Positions 24,359 through 39,300 of a stretch of DNA of 64,000 nucleotides are shown in pieces. Below the pieces are notes generated by a model. That model worked only from the letters and a program-made list of their open reading frames with translations. It did no database searches and was not told the DNA's origin. The position numbers and the translations under genes were made by a program. This stretch comes from Dicyema japonicum. Lineage: Eukaryota; Animalia; Dicyemida. Within the stretch, counting starts at the first letter, position 1. The number at the start of each line of letters is the position of its first letter. The stretch is from positions 2,148,997 through 2,212,996 of the forward strand of contig RDEW01000002.1 of the NCBI GenBank assembly GCA_011109175.1, read 5' to 3'.

Positions 24359-27300
24359 CTATATTTGAAGAAGTATAGCAACTCCACCCAAAACCCACGT
24401 GGATGGCTTAATTTTACTCTTTAAGTTGAAAGTCCACACAAATGTCGGACCTCTTTGTTTCGTCTTGTACATTGGACAAGCATACATCATTCTAAGGTCC
24501 TGTCGTTCTACTGGAATAGCTCTGCGGTTGATTACAACACTCACCTGATATATATAACTGGCATTGCTGGGTGAAGTTCCTTCAGACGAGACTCAGATAT
24601 CATTCCAGACTGCACATCCCAGCGAGCTCCCTCCATATAAAGCCCACACACATAAGCTCCCTCACGTGGAGGACCTCCCATGTCTTCTTTACTCTTCTTA
24701 GTCACATCACATTGTAGAGTCATTCTGTCCAGCGGCCACTCGTTCTTTCTAGCCATTTGCTGCATAATTGCCGTGAGGAATGACTGCGGATTGAAGAAAC
24801 CCCCAAGCCAAACAGCCCCTTCAATAGTTTGAATCAAATACCCGGCAGTTGAAAGTCCCCAATCCAACATTTCGAGTTGTTTTATCCTTTGAAGGAGATC
24901 AGCATACCACACAGCCAGAGTGTACAGAGAAGGGTAGGCCTTTGAACTCCAAATCTCAGGAACACTGTCCATGAATAAGTTATTTCCGAGTTCCTCCATT
25001 TCTGAGGTTATAGTTAACTCCCCCTAAGAGTAACAAATTCCATGACCCACCTTAAGTCCAAGGTCGAGGGTTTTCAGGGACCGCTTGATTTCGTTTGTGA
25101 GGTAATTCATCCTTTCGCATTCCTGGAAGGCGACCACAACATATGGGGTACGTTCCTCAGGGGGGACTTTCCCAATAATTTCCCCCATGTTGAACTCATC
25201 AGGCAATTTTTCAAGGATCTCATCCAAAACGTTTTTGATCTAAACTCCCCGAATATGAGGAACCTTCTCTTCCTTAGTAGTCGTCCCTTCTCCCCCAGAA
25301 TCAGCATTTTGAGGTTGCAGTTCGAAAATCGTCCTGAAAACCTTTTCTGATCTGGTAGTGAGGAAGTCAATCTCCGCATTAGGATGGAGACCATATAGAT
25401 ATGGACTTTCCGTTGGGAGATGCTCATCAATATAAGTATGATACCCAACAAAATCAGTGTTCGTGGGGACAGCAAAGCCGGGAGCAAAGTACAACTCCCC
25501 GTCCAACTGGAAGAATCACAAATAAATGAACCATTTCAGGTTTCAAATACTCTTCAAGGTAAGTTCGGCAAAGTTTTCTGTCCCAATCATCAGTAATGTG
25601 TCCCCCATACATAATCTCCCCGAATAAATATCTCAAGTCAACCCAGGGTACCTATAACATCCATAAAGTGACTGACCTTAGGATTCGACTCAAGGTAGTT
25701 GTAGAGGACGTTGATACTTATTGTGAGGTCACCGACGTTAAACGGGTAGATTCTGTTCCAACCCTGGGGACCAAACTTCCTCCTTTCTGAGACGACCGCG
25801 TGGAAGTAGCACAGGGCAAACAAAATAGTCTTAAACTCATTCTCCTTAGCACACATCTCCAAGGTGTCCTGGGAAAAGTTATTCAGAGCCTTGTGGAGAT
25901 TGGCGTGCATCCCTTGAAATTACTCATTAAATCACCCGTTGGGGGCTCATTTGTAATTTTGATGGAAAACTCCAAGATCCCCTGGGGATCACGTGCATGT
26001 CTGGTGTTCCGGCCGGCTCGGCACTGATATAAAGACGGAAATCCTTGTGACTATCCAAGGAGATTGTTTCTAGGATCTTTTCCAGCGTTGGAAGCCATTT
26101 CGAGACAAGGTGGACGTTCTGAATATCAGTAACGGTCAATAACCTGGAGAACTACCCAATGTCCCTCCTTTGACGACAATTCGAGGGCGTTCTCAGCCAC
26201 AATCTCCTGTCCTTGTCCCAGCGATACATTATGGAAGTTATTGTTATTCGTAGAATATCCCAATTTTTTTCCGAGGGCTTCGACGTCCTTGAGTGGGTCA
26301 ACACCGGGGGAGAGAATAAAGAAGACTGGGGTTTCTGAGCTGGTTTCCTCGTATGATTTTGTAAAGGGAATGGGAGACGGATAGGCATACTTCTCCCCCA
26401 TATTTTGATTGATATAATTTCTATGAATTATCCCAGCTGTAACGTCAAAGCATAAATCATTCGATCAGGTCGGAGGGCTCTCATAATGCACAGTTTTTGT
26501 AGAGGAGTCTTATTTTTCCATTCCTGGGGGAGTTTGTCATTTTCTGGAGCTTCCCCCTCCACGAACTTCTTCCATCGTTTAGCGGACCCTTCAATGTCCT
26601 TATCCAGGTTTTTCATTTCATCCATTTGGGAGAGAACCTTTGGTAAATGATAACGTCAACTTTGATTCCACCCCAGCAGTGATTGCTAAGGAAGTCAACA
26701 GGACTGTCCGTGGAAAGGTCAACCGGGAATCGAAGAAGGAAATCGAGTTCCTGGATATTTATGGATTTGTTCATCAGCATGATCTAACAATAGTGGAGTA
26801 CTATGACCTGAAACGTCATTTGAGCGGAGAATATCATTTTATCGGACTCGAATAAACTTCTGGTGGTATAAATGAAGATAGAGTAGGTGATTGTGTCCAG
26901 CAAATACTTAATCCTCTGCTTGACGTCCTCAGAAGTCTCAGATCTGTCGATCGCCAGCTCAAACACTATGCTGAATGCCTTAAATAATGCGTAATGTGTA
27001 CTTTGAGGGAGAATTGATACATTGGGTGTATTCGGTTCAAATCATTCATTATGAAGTAGAGGACGGAGGCTCGACTGGCGGCAGGTCTGTATAGTTCTCT
27101 GGCCTCGTTGATTTCGACTTCAGTGATCTGTCATGTTTAGGTATTCCTCTACTTTGGCCTGGGCGACCTTCTCCTCTATTTCCATGGCGGTTCGTTTTGT
27201 GGTCTCCAGATTTTCCACGAGAGCATAGTCTCCCAAAAAGTTTCCTTCTGCTGAGGAGAGTCGAGCCAAGAGGGAATCTTCCAACTCTTTTAGGGTTATC

Positions 27301-30300
27301 TTGAATTCGTTCTGCTGCCTTGTCAAGTCTGATTTCAGCCGTTCGAGATCAGGTCTCTCTTTACTCACCACTGCTGCGAGAAGTTGTTCCTCCAGGCCAT
27401 CGGGGGTGACTGTAAAGTTAATCAGGGTCGTCTGGGCTTGAATTTCAGGCGGATAATGCGGATTGCCGAGCTTAGTATGCAAAATAAGTCTGAAATCCTT
27501 GGAGTACTCAACCTCCTTGTCCCCAATTTTGATGGCCTTCCCTAAAATATCCAAAACCAGAAGTAACCTTTTTTGATTGTGTTTCTTCCTATTATGGGAT
27601 CCATGACGGGGTCTATATATTCCCCCATATTTTCAATAAGGACAACATCTCCGGCACTGATAGCCCGTTCAATCGTATCAAGGTATCCCTTCGCCCCAAT
27701 GCACACACTCTTCAAGTTTGGGTATTTATTTTTTATCCATTTAATCCCCTAACATAAACTATCAGGCCACTTGTAATTGAGGATCAATCATCAAGGGCCA
27801 TCTCTCACAATTCGTCAGGATAGTAGCATTCTCTACTGAAAACTTATCAGAAGGGAGGCCTTCGTTGTTCCACTTGGCAATGACTGACCCGTCCGTTAGC
27901 ATCAGAGTTGGGTCAAGTTCTAGAAGTAACATTAATGGAGACCCTCATTGAAGGTATCGTCCCAGTATCTTTGAGGTATTTCGCCCATTTTTCGTACAGC
28001 AGTTCGGAACGATAGTTGTTAGAGTTTAGAGAATGACCCCAAGTAAGAGATGAATGCAGTCACTAGGAGAATATCACCTGGCAGTGTCTTTTCTGCAACT
28101 CGAAATTTCCGACGGCTTGTGCCCACCTAATATTCTCAGAAGCCAGTCCTCCGACCAATCTATTAGCCAGTTCAATAGTTCTGGGGGTAAAGTAACACAA
28201 TCCCACTTGAAGGTCATATCAGCTTCATTTTGACATTTAATCTTGGCTGCTGTCGCTTCTTCAAACTGGGAGGTTAGTTTTGCCAAGGCAGCCTCTAGGG
28301 AAGAAATCTTGCTTTGGATTGTCGACAATTTAGTCGTAGCATTAGACAGCTCTGTATTAGCCTACTATAAGTCATATTACACCTGATCAAGGGCTATTCT
28401 CTTGGGTTCCACCTCACAAAAGACTTCGTAGAATTTCAAAATGTTGATGACCCAGGCACAAAGTCCAGCAGCGGCAAGGGATTTTGACTTTACTAGTTCA
28501 TAATTAAAGTCGGGGTTCGCAATATATGGAGCCACAGCTTTCAGACAGTTTTCGTGGATATTTTCCTTGTTAAAGTTGATTAGCTGATCCAAAAATTGAT
28601 CCACCTAATGAAATGTCCCTGAAATGGTTACTTTGCCCATTGGCCACACTTTAGCGGCCTTCCAGCTTCTATCCTTGGGTATCTTACCATCAGGGGCCAT
28701 CAGGCACATCACTGCCGCCAAAACGTTTGTTACCGCGATTGGGGGAGTTCCGAAAGATTTCAATTCCGTTAGGTTGTTCTACCCTTAATGTTAAAGTGAT
28801 ACCTTATTAAGGGTATTTAAAGCCTCCTTTGCTGCCAAAAGAGCTGGTTCCGCCTTGGTGAGATCTCGTTCGCAGTCTCTTTGCTTTTTGGATACGTCAA
28901 TGGCTATTTTGGAGACTTTTTCTTCTTCAACAGCAGCCATCGCCTTTTCCTTAGAGACTTTGTCACTCTCAGCGCCCACAACTTGGATTAGTTTGTTGGC
29001 GTCCTCGTTCTTGATGGCCAATTCAACTTCTTGTGCCTTCAACTTGGCCTTCAGATCATCGACTTGTTGGGAGGTACTCTTAAGTTTTTCAAGTCCGTTT
29101 TCTAATCTTTGCATTTTCCCCTGCAAATCAGAGTAGCGATCCTTCAGTAAGGCTTGGTATAGCTTTATCTGCTCCAAGAATGACTTGGGGGTTGTATAAT
29201 TATATCTTCTCTCTTTTGCATAATATTGCTGACTCATTTCATTAACGGATTTGTGGACAAATGCCATGAATTTGGAGACATTCTCGGCCAACTGATTCGT
29301 CAGAAGCTCATCCTCACTTAGGAATCTGTAACTGACGGAAATCAGAGCATCTTCCGGCCATTCGTGGAACCAGTTTATGCTTGTGCAGTTCACTACTGCG
29401 GGAAATTTGCGAGCACGGACTCTCAGTTTATTTCCGACTGGTGAGAAGCACAGTATAACCTATGCCACTAATCCCACGTGCTCACCTTTAACATTCTTCT
29501 AACCTTCTCAATGAAAAAGCTCCAGCAGTTTTCTCTGGTGTCCATAATTCCCGTTGATTTGCATTCATTGCGGACTCCAGAGATGGCTGTCTCGTATTCA
29601 TCGTCCGTAAAGAGATCGGGGATCTCTCCGGTGGATAGCAGGTCGTTAATCAAAACTAGGAACCGTTCGTCGGGGATCTAAGAGTCTAGTTTATATATCT
29701 ACCTGAGCATCAGTCATTAAAAACATTGTGGGGACGTTTTTGAGACCGCATCTCAGGTAAAGCTGAGCAATTTCCGTTTTGAGGTCGTTGAGGGAATATC
29801 CCTTACGGAGAGTGACTTGGTAGGTCTCTAGTCCACTAATAAAGGCTGCAAGTCTGGACAAACTTTGTTTTCCTGACCCCCCAACACCAACCAAAAGACC
29901 ATAGCCTGATTTATATATTCAAGTTACCCGAGGATTTTCCAGTATCCTGTTGATCCTACAAACCTGGAACATGGCATCTTCGAAGAGAACGAGATTCATG
30001 GCCGCATTTAACTCGTTTAGTTTCGAGAGCCTCGGTTAGCAGCTTTTTTAGATTGTCGACGTTTGTGATTGGCATATACTTTGGTTCTCCAACCCCCTAG
30101 GATTTGGGAGTGATACTACCTGAGCAAAGTGGCAATAAACTAAAGGATGTGAAAATAAGGCTTCCTCCTTCATATCTTCAAATGTTTTATGTACGACTTC
30201 TGATACTGTCTTTCGGAACAGATGAATGTCGTTATTGTCCACCATTTTGTCTCCATACACTCGGTAAGCCTGTGCAGCCACAACCTTGTTAGATCCTCAG

Positions 30301-33300
30301 GAGTTTTGATGCACTCTGTGTCTGCAAACAAGACTCCCTTGGAAGTCACTACATCAAAGCAAACCTGGAAAACATTGCTTAGGTCCCTTAAATTGAAGAG
30401 GTAGTGAAATTTGATTGCAGTGGGGAGGAAAGTGCTGGAAATCTTTGAATGTAATTCCAAAGCCCCGTGTATTAAGTTGGGGACGTATTTTTTAACGGCT
30501 GGTTGGAATCCTTCTCCCAAGTGGCAGCTCAGAATAGAAGAATAAATCGTATTTAGTGCTTCACTAGTGGGAAAACTTACAGCAAACACACAAAAGTGTC
30601 TCTAGTTATAAGGAAACGTCAATCATACTTGAAGACGTGGATTTATCGTAAAACTCCCAGCGGTGGGGTTCATGCAGGCTACATATTGTGTGTTGTGGAC
30701 GTCTTTGAGAGTCAGTTTATTCCTGTCGTACCAATTCCGTAGTCAATGTGCTGTCGTAGTAGAGTGTGAGGTTGGACAGTGAAGTATTTATCTACATACT
30801 TTAAGTTGGTCATCTACCTCGGGCATGTTCATGTCATCAACAAAGTAAATGAGTCTCCTCGACCCAGGAGGTCCATAATTCCTTCCAGCCTTCTTTTCCA
30901 GGGGCTTTTCTATTATTTTTTGAAGCATAGCCGAAGTCGTGTAAAAGTTGAACGGAACATTAGCCACGAGAAAGTCGTCAGAAAATTCTTTCAGTTTATT
31001 CTGCATAAGAACGCTCTTCCCTGTCCCAGCAGCCCCAACGAGCATGCAAGGACGACGAATCTCCATCAATTTGTCGAGGAACCACCGAATTCTAACTGTT
31101 TCCTGTGTTTGAACCAGAGTAGACTATTTTAAATTAATATTGACCACCTGAAGAGTTGGGTCAGAATCGAGTTCAAATTTTGGAATCAACTTGCTCCATG
31201 GCTCAAATTTGTTGGTCTTATTGTCAATGAAGTAGTCGAACAGAGTCCCTGCCGAGGGAACTTTATCTGCTTAAATTCCGTGGTCCACCACTTGGAAAAT
31301 TCGACTCGGTAGTCAGTAAGCTATTCACATATATCTCAGTCTTACTTGATCCTGGAACAGACAACTTCCAAACGCCCAGACGCAAGAAAACACAAAGTAT
31401 ATCTCGTAGAGTTCCTTTGAACAGTCCGGGGAGTGTTCTCTGGGGTCAGCATAATTTCCAGTAAACTACAGAGCATCTAAAGGATCAATTTGAGGTTGAA
31501 ACCTGGACGTGTGCAATATCTGAGATTGGGTTATCTTCTTGAATCGGGTCCTCAGTGTTTCCAAACAAGTCGGGACATATTTGTGAACAGAATCGTCAGA
31601 TTTGCCTTTTCGGACTGAACCTCTCTTGCCTCGATCCAACTGTTCACATAAGGAGATCACCCCACGTCACCGGGGTTAATAAACAGAATCCCAGCCCTCG
31701 ATACAGTCGCAGGGGTTACGGTTTTGAGGTGAAAAATTTCGAAGATCAGTCGCATTGACGGTGTTAAAGAGATTCTCTCATTGCTGGCCAAAGTTAACAC
31801 CTAAAATGAGGTCGATGATCACATTGTTGTCGTCCATTACAGTATTCAAGGATTCAATCCACATTGGATCAATATCACTGTCGAGGATAATCCATTTTGC
31901 GGCGTTTCCGCTTGCATTTGATAAATCTCGCATAATCACGGAAAATAGCCCTAATTTTGATTACTTAACTTAACCGTCCTTCCATTCTCTCGTTGCCGGG
32001 TTTATTGCTCCGTAGAGTGCATCGTTCGTGACGGCCTTAGGATTAAGGTCCACCGCGACTCCCTTCTGTCCGAGATTCCTATATGTCTTCAAAAGTGTCT
32101 TCCAGGTCATGCTCTTGCCAACCCCAGCATTCCCAATGATAAATACAGAGTGACGGACCTCCAGCAGTTCCACCAATTGGACGACCTACAATTTGAGACA
32201 AAATAAACCTTTAATATAAAGTTCTCCTCAGGTTGTAATTTCAGGTCGAGGGTAGCCTTTCGGATGTCCTGCTCAAATTCTAAATTCCGTTTTCTGGGGA
32301 CATCAAGAGAGGGGAAGAGATCCCCAATCAGTCCAATAAAGATGGGCAAATCATCAGTGACTATCTTTGGTATATTAAAGTCCCTCAGCGCTCTCATGAG
32401 AACCTAAAATGTTGCTGTTTAGCCTACCTGGTCTTCCGGCCGTTGTAAATCTGCTCTTTTAAGGGAACCAGCCACGACAAGGACTGATTTGATGGCTCGA
32501 AGTCCCCAATCATAGTGATCTTGTTTGGAAAGGAGTTCCTTGCACAAACTGTACAGAGTTATAAACTTTCGAGCCAAAAGTCGTGCATCCGTAAAGCCCT
32601 CAGCAACCAACATGATTTCACAGATCATCTCAAAATCGGGGACAACCATGGCACATGGCCTTAAAATCAGATCACTATATGCCTGAATAAAGCCTTCAAG
32701 TTTTCAGGAAGTTCAGTACGCCCGGCATAACCAGGATTCATAGTTATAAATATCCCGACAGTTGGAAGTAGCCGAATATCAATTCCCATAAAGTTGAGTA
32801 TCGTATTCTTGTCCTTAATGGCATCCTGAATAGTTTTAACCACAAACTCGATGATTTTTGTCAACCTGCACTGCCACCACTGATAATACTTCCACTGATT
32901 TTCTATTGAACTCATCAAAGCATCCCCAAGTTCCCGATTGAACCAGTCCTTTGTAAATATTAACAACGGACTAATTCATAATCAGTCCCTAAACCTTATA
33001 ATCCATCTGTTCCGAGCAGTTGAACACGTAGACCATAATTTCAATGGACTTCCCCAAATCCTTAGTTGTTTCAGTCTTACCTGTCCCCGCAGGTCCAGTG
33101 GGGCATCACTTATTATCAAATGGAGTGACTGAGTGAGGGTTATATAACAGCTAAACGTCAGTAAAGGATAGAACCGATCAGTTAGAGGAGTTATAACCAA
33201 TCTAGGAGTGCATCCCAAGTATTCGTGGGAATATCTGAAGCCTGCGTCACATATATTAATGAAGCAATCCTTTTCGGTTTCATCCCACATGTGTCTGAGT

Positions 33301-36300
33301 TGGCACAGCAACGTGAAAGCTTGACTATTCTCAACCTACTCGTTAGTGCCTAATATGAACTTTTTGCTGAATCAACTTGGCCACAACATCCCTTGCATGG
33401 ACATCGATTGTGCAGATAGTCATGATCTTCTGCCTCTCATTGGAAGTGAGATCCCCAATCAGCATTCCAATCAGAGATGAAAGTTGGTTTATCTGTTTCT
33501 TGTTGTAATCCTTTAGGGCATTCTCATAGCCTTCTTCCAGTCTGTCGAAGGCAATGTTTACTTCAGTTGACCACCAAATCTGACTCCCAGTCAAGGAGAC
33601 CTAAAAACTACGCCAAATGAATTCACCTGCGCAGGAAAGTCCATAATCCACTGTTCTCTGCCCTTCTCTTCATATGCGGTCACAGCCTCAGTCATGTAGT
33701 AACGAACAGTGCTACATTGAGTGTCCAACAGTCTGTTCAGCCAAACTTCAACCTTAAGCAGTTTATTTCAGAAATTACCTGTCCAGTACAATCACAGTTC
33801 TTATCAAATTCCACCCTTTCACCGTCCTTGGCGATCATGGCGCTGGCAACTTTAGTATTATTCCCTCCTTTCTGTACGAATTCCAGCTTGACCATGCTGT
33901 CGAATAACTTCACGAGGTGTTTAGAGACCTTGGATAAAACTAATACCCACCAATTCAGGTTGGTTTCCATTTGAGAGAATGTCTAAGAGGTCGGCAGAGG
34001 AGACGAAATAGAAACGGGGGAATGCAAGTCGCTTCGTTTCCAAATACTCGGCTAAGGCCTTTTCACAAATTGATAGACTGTCTTGGATCTTCTCCAAACG
34101 CTCATACAATTTGGGTTTGTTTGTGGAGACAATCACGTTCTTAGATTGGCACATTTCAGCAGCAATTTCCTAGAATTTGGTTGAATCAAGGAAACTTTGA
34201 ATTTCGAATCAATTTCGTCGAATGTCTCGCTTTCTTTGGGCAACTGCTTTCTAATGTCCTCAGAACCAATGAAAATGCTTTCCAGGTGAGACCACGTCCT
34301 CTGGACTTCCATGAATATCCCAATGGCCTGGTCAGCAGTGGATAAACTCTTCTGCCAGCGAGTGACCTCCTCCAAAAAGTGGGAGATATATTTGGATGTC
34401 AGCATATTTTGTAGTTGTACCTACTCATATTAGCAGTACTCACTTGATTTTCCTCCAATATTTCGATCAGCTCATCATTCGCCTTAATCAGGGTAATTCC
34501 CGTTCGGTTGTGAATTTCCTGTTCAAACTCCATTTGATTCCACGTGTTGTTCAGTTCATTGATGACTTTTTCCATGGCCGTTTCTTTAGTGGCTTTATCG
34601 ACAATATTTTTGACCTCGTCCTCAAAATTGTGCAAATTCAATGAAAGCAGATCTCCCAAATTAGTGTTGTCGTCCATAACAAACACAACCTCAAAATGCC
34701 ACAAATAGTGAACCTTGGTAGTCTGCATGAGCTGAAGCCAGTGACGCTCTCGAATGGCCGGATTCTGTAGCTCGGAGACAGCCCGCAGTGAAGTCAGCAT
34801 ATTCTTGATTTCTGTTTCAAGTCCAGAGTAGGCATCCCAAGCTCTCATTTCCTTGTCCAATGATCGGATCTCCTTAGTATATCGTTTGCATTCGAGGTCC
34901 ATAACATCAACGTTGATTTCCTTCCAGGCTGTAACGGTCCAGCTGGCAATGCTGCTTCGAACCACGTGGATGTAATCCCAAATCATCTTGAGAAGACTGA
35001 TCTCCTTCCGAGACTGCTTCAGTTGCCTAAAGTCTGGGAAGCTGACTTCAAAGAGACCAGCAGAAGCTTGGAGTTGGTTCATATCATTCTCGAGGTCACA
35101 GATAATTAAATGATACTAAAATTGACAAATACAGACTGCCTGATCGAGCTGATCATAGGGGTCCTCACAGTCATAGAAGAATGGCTTTATTTTCCGGAAT
35201 TTGGCTCTGAATTCATGTTGCTTGACATCAAAGGCGGCAACTTTCTTTCGAATGTTAGAAACTTCTATGGCTTGGAGTGGGGCCACTTGCTGCTTCTTAA
35301 CCGAGACCTTCTTAATTAAGGTTGCCCACATTTCAGGGAGTTCCTTAAGTACTAACGACCATGAATACTTCAATTTGCTTGTAAACTTCATCCTTAACCT
35401 CCTGTTTGTAGGACTCCAATAATTCAACGGACTGCTTCAGAGGCTCGAACATGACGTTCGTGTATTCCTCCCGTTCTTTCACGGCCATTAAGTGACCCAT
35501 GCATTCCACAAGGGCGTCGTAGTTCCCTTCCTCAATTGTCGTGGACAATGCTGACGTTGTGGTCTTTATAAAGCTCTCAAGCTGGCTCAGACTATCAATG
35601 AACAGCTTTTGGGGTACCTCGAGGTTGTATGGTCAATCAAGTGCTGTTTAAAGAGGAGACTCCACCTTTTCATGACATTAAGCAACGAATATTTGAATTT
35701 CTTGAGGTCAATCCTAAACCACGAGTTTATGATTTCAGTGGTCTCCCTTTTCTCCAAATGCTGATACAAGTTCTCATAATAGTCGATCTAAGCATATCTT
35801 ACCCAAACGACCTGCTCCTTGAATTTATCCAGACTTGGGGGGTTTTCCAGGGTAGAAATGTCGGTCACTGATTCGATCTCATCCTGGGACAAAACTCTTC
35901 CGAATTTTAGGAATTGTCTCATGAATTCGTGTCTATCGTCGATCCAAAGGTAAGCGAAGGAGTCGAAGGTGTTTTTAAACTCAATTGCCTTATTTGAGGC
36001 GTCCTCCACTCTCTCCAGAATTTGGAACCTCATATTATTGAGTTCTTCGATATCCTCGATCTCCGACTAGGCATTAATAGGCAATCTCACCTGATAGTCA
36101 TCATTGTCTGAGTCCTTCTTGTTGAGTCGCTTTACCAGGGATGTCTGCTTGAATGTGTCTGATATCAGGGAATCCACAATGTCGTAAACGTTCTCACTGC
36201 CTTCACTCTCAATTGCTGGCTTAAACACAATTTCCGGGGCCTAAATAAGCACGGGGATAACTTCAAGGGACATGTGGGTCTCAAATAAAGGCAATTTGGT

Positions 36301-39300
36301 CTCCTTCTGTGTCTGGTCGATTAAAAACTGCAAAGTGCAGTGGATGTTGTTGTAAAACCCCTCAATAATCATTTCGTCGACATATTCGACGTAGGCTAAC
36401 CAGTTTGCCGAGTTTTCGTCAGCTTTGAACAGCTTCAAGTTATGCTAGGGATTACAGGGAGCCAATACTCTGAGCATATTGTGGATTTGGTCCCCGACTT
36501 TGCTCAATTCATTGTATCGCTTTAGGAAACGTTCGTTTCGGTCATCGAGATTTATCAGAGAATCATTTCTTCCCTCCTTTCTTTCCAGAAGGGAGGTGGA
36601 ACTCCAAGTTTCGATCAACTTTTTTATTTGGATGACATTATCCTTGGTTTGCTGGATTCTGCAGTCTAGGTCGATAATACTGTCCTTTCTTTCCTTCGAA
36701 AACTCAAGAACGCTGGGGTCGTCCCAATTCAAGGACGTCTCCGCAGTCTTTATTTGTTGGTCGAAGGCAGTCATTTCATTTTCAATCAAATCTATTTCAA
36801 TCTCCAAAACTTGTCCCCTGATTTTGTTGTAAAGCGACACAGTCATGTTCAGATTATTTATGTATTCTCTAAGAGTCTCCCCCTTCTCGAAGAGATCCAA
36901 CGCAGTCTTGGGGATTTCTTCTGTGCTGGACAGTTTCAGGTATTTAACCTCCTTTAGCACGGCAACCAACTGAACTTTACCCTTAATATAACCTGGGGGT
37001 CGAAGTTAACGCTGAGAAGATTGGTCTCCTCATTTCTTCTTAGGATTGGCTGTTTTAGGTTGAAGTTACAGATTTGTCCAACTCCCGAAATCCATTTTTG
37101 GTAAATTTTGGTGGAGTAACTAAGAGTGACAACATTGGACTACTCTTCCAGCTCTGTCTTCATCTCCTTGTACTTCCTGACCACCTTCTGTGCGCTGTGA
37201 GTGTTCATTAATCTTGAATAATTAGAAGACTTACGGGTTATCTAATCTGTTGAACTCCCCCATTGGATCACCTATTCTCAGTTTCAGCTCCTCCGCCCAT
37301 TTGAGAGCTCCGGAGATCAGAGGCATGTTTTTGTGGTTGAATGAAATATCTCCCGTCGACTCCTTCTGGACGTTGGCATCGAATATATTCTTGACCTGCA
37401 TAATCTCACTGTCCATCAACGACACGATTTTGTTGAATTTTTTATCAAATTCTTTCTGAGACATTACAACCTTGATCACTTTAATAAGCGGTCTCTCGAG
37501 GAGACTTTCAAATATCGTTATCAACGAAAAGACTGATTCCAGTCCATTGCAGTCATCAAAGCCACGTGTGAGGATGGTTGCCAGTTTTCTGTCCATTATT
37601 TCGACTTGTTTACTGAATTTACTCTCATCTTTCACGAATCCCTTGAATTCACAAATAATCGGGTACCTCAGTGTCCTCCAAATCCAAACAGTCGTAGGTA
37701 CTCTGAGTAAATGTCTTCCACAATTCTTGGAATTCTTCAAGAAGTTTGGTGATTTGGAGAGACAGCATGTGACCCTTGTTTCCACCAAGTTCTACTTTCT
37801 CCAATTTATCATAATCTAAGGCATCTTGTGTGACTCCCTGAATCATATATTAGATCTCCTGACCTTGACCATTTGCAGTCGTTCAAGGTATTCGTCCAAA
37901 TGGTCGAACACCAGAAAGCTGGAAAACTCCCAAGGTTGGAATTCTTCAGGGACATTAAAGTACGATTTCAAATTGTCCTTATATTCGCTGTAAAGCTGCA
38001 AATCAGAGATAAAAATACAGCTTTGAAGTGCTGAATGGTCCCGGCTGCCTTTCGAACCTTGTCTATGACTTCTTCCACCTCTCCTTTGAGGATCTCGGAG
38101 GGCTCAATGAATCCATTACACTAAGAATAAAATCATAAAGGGATAGGAAATATTATGCGTTCCCCAGCAACACGAATTGCCAAGAAACAAGCCAAACCAT
38201 TTGTATTATCAAATTTGTAATCTGTCTTAGGATGAGAATGATCCGATCGGGCTTCCTGTAGTGTTTACAGTTCCCCCAAATAAAGCAGACGCTTTCCATA
38301 ATAGCCTTCAATAGTTCGTTGCAGTCGTCGAACTGGGCTTGCTCAAAATCTTGCAAATAAGCGTCCAGGATTTTAAATATATTGAAATGTCCACACTTTC
38401 ACTCAGAGCTAACATGATGTTAGTATATACCGTCCTCCACGTGTGTGATCATGCTAACAAGGGTTGGGAGGAATTCGCTGTTGTAGTTAGTGAGGATTCC
38501 GGCTATTTTCTGAACCTCAGGATGACTCAACTGAGAGATTAATAGGCTCACTACCTGATCGTGGAGACAGTCCAGATTTGATGCCCGCTCTGACCAGAAT
38601 TGAATCTCGCATTTTGGCAGTGGATACGGATTGATCGAGAAAACCTCCTCCGATTTCTTTTGAGTGACATCCCTGATTCGCTGATCCCACTCGGAAATCA
38701 CATTCTCGATAGTTCGGATAGCATTTCTTTCGCTAACAGACCTGCAATCTTTAAAAGACTATGACTTTGGTTTTGAAGAGCTCTGAGATATTTTAGAGAT
38801 CGCCAAGGAAGGCATAGGAAGCAGAGTTTTGCCTTTGACCTGCCCCGAGACTATGAAGATCTCATCCTTCAAGTCCTCAAAATGTTTACAAATGTCATCT
38901 GCCACCACTTTGGGCCACATTTTTAAGTTTTTCTTGTTGACGACAATCGGCATGAAAACCTGAAATAACTAAATGACTACCTCATCAATCACAGTACTCA
39001 GCTGTTCCAGGGGGGTCGAACAGAGATCCCCGAAGAATAGCCGGTTTTTTAGATTGACATCCTTGCCTAACGCCTGCTTCGCCTTTTTAATGAAGTAGCA
39101 GGCCTTTCCTTTGAATGCGAGAGGCCAGTTGTATTGGCAGCTAAGGACTCCACTGGGACTCACGATTGCCACCAATTTTATATTTTCGGGGACATTGAAA
39201 AAGTTCATTAAGACTTGCTTGTTATCTTCGACTCCATAAAATTTCTCAAAACGATCCTCTCTGATCTTCAAACTCTGAACGATGTAACTCCCGATGAATT

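Noticed and set aside
38121-38197. 77-nt outlier intron as a snoRNA host
   Set aside because: No C/D (RUGAUGA/CUGA) or H/ACA boxes seen.
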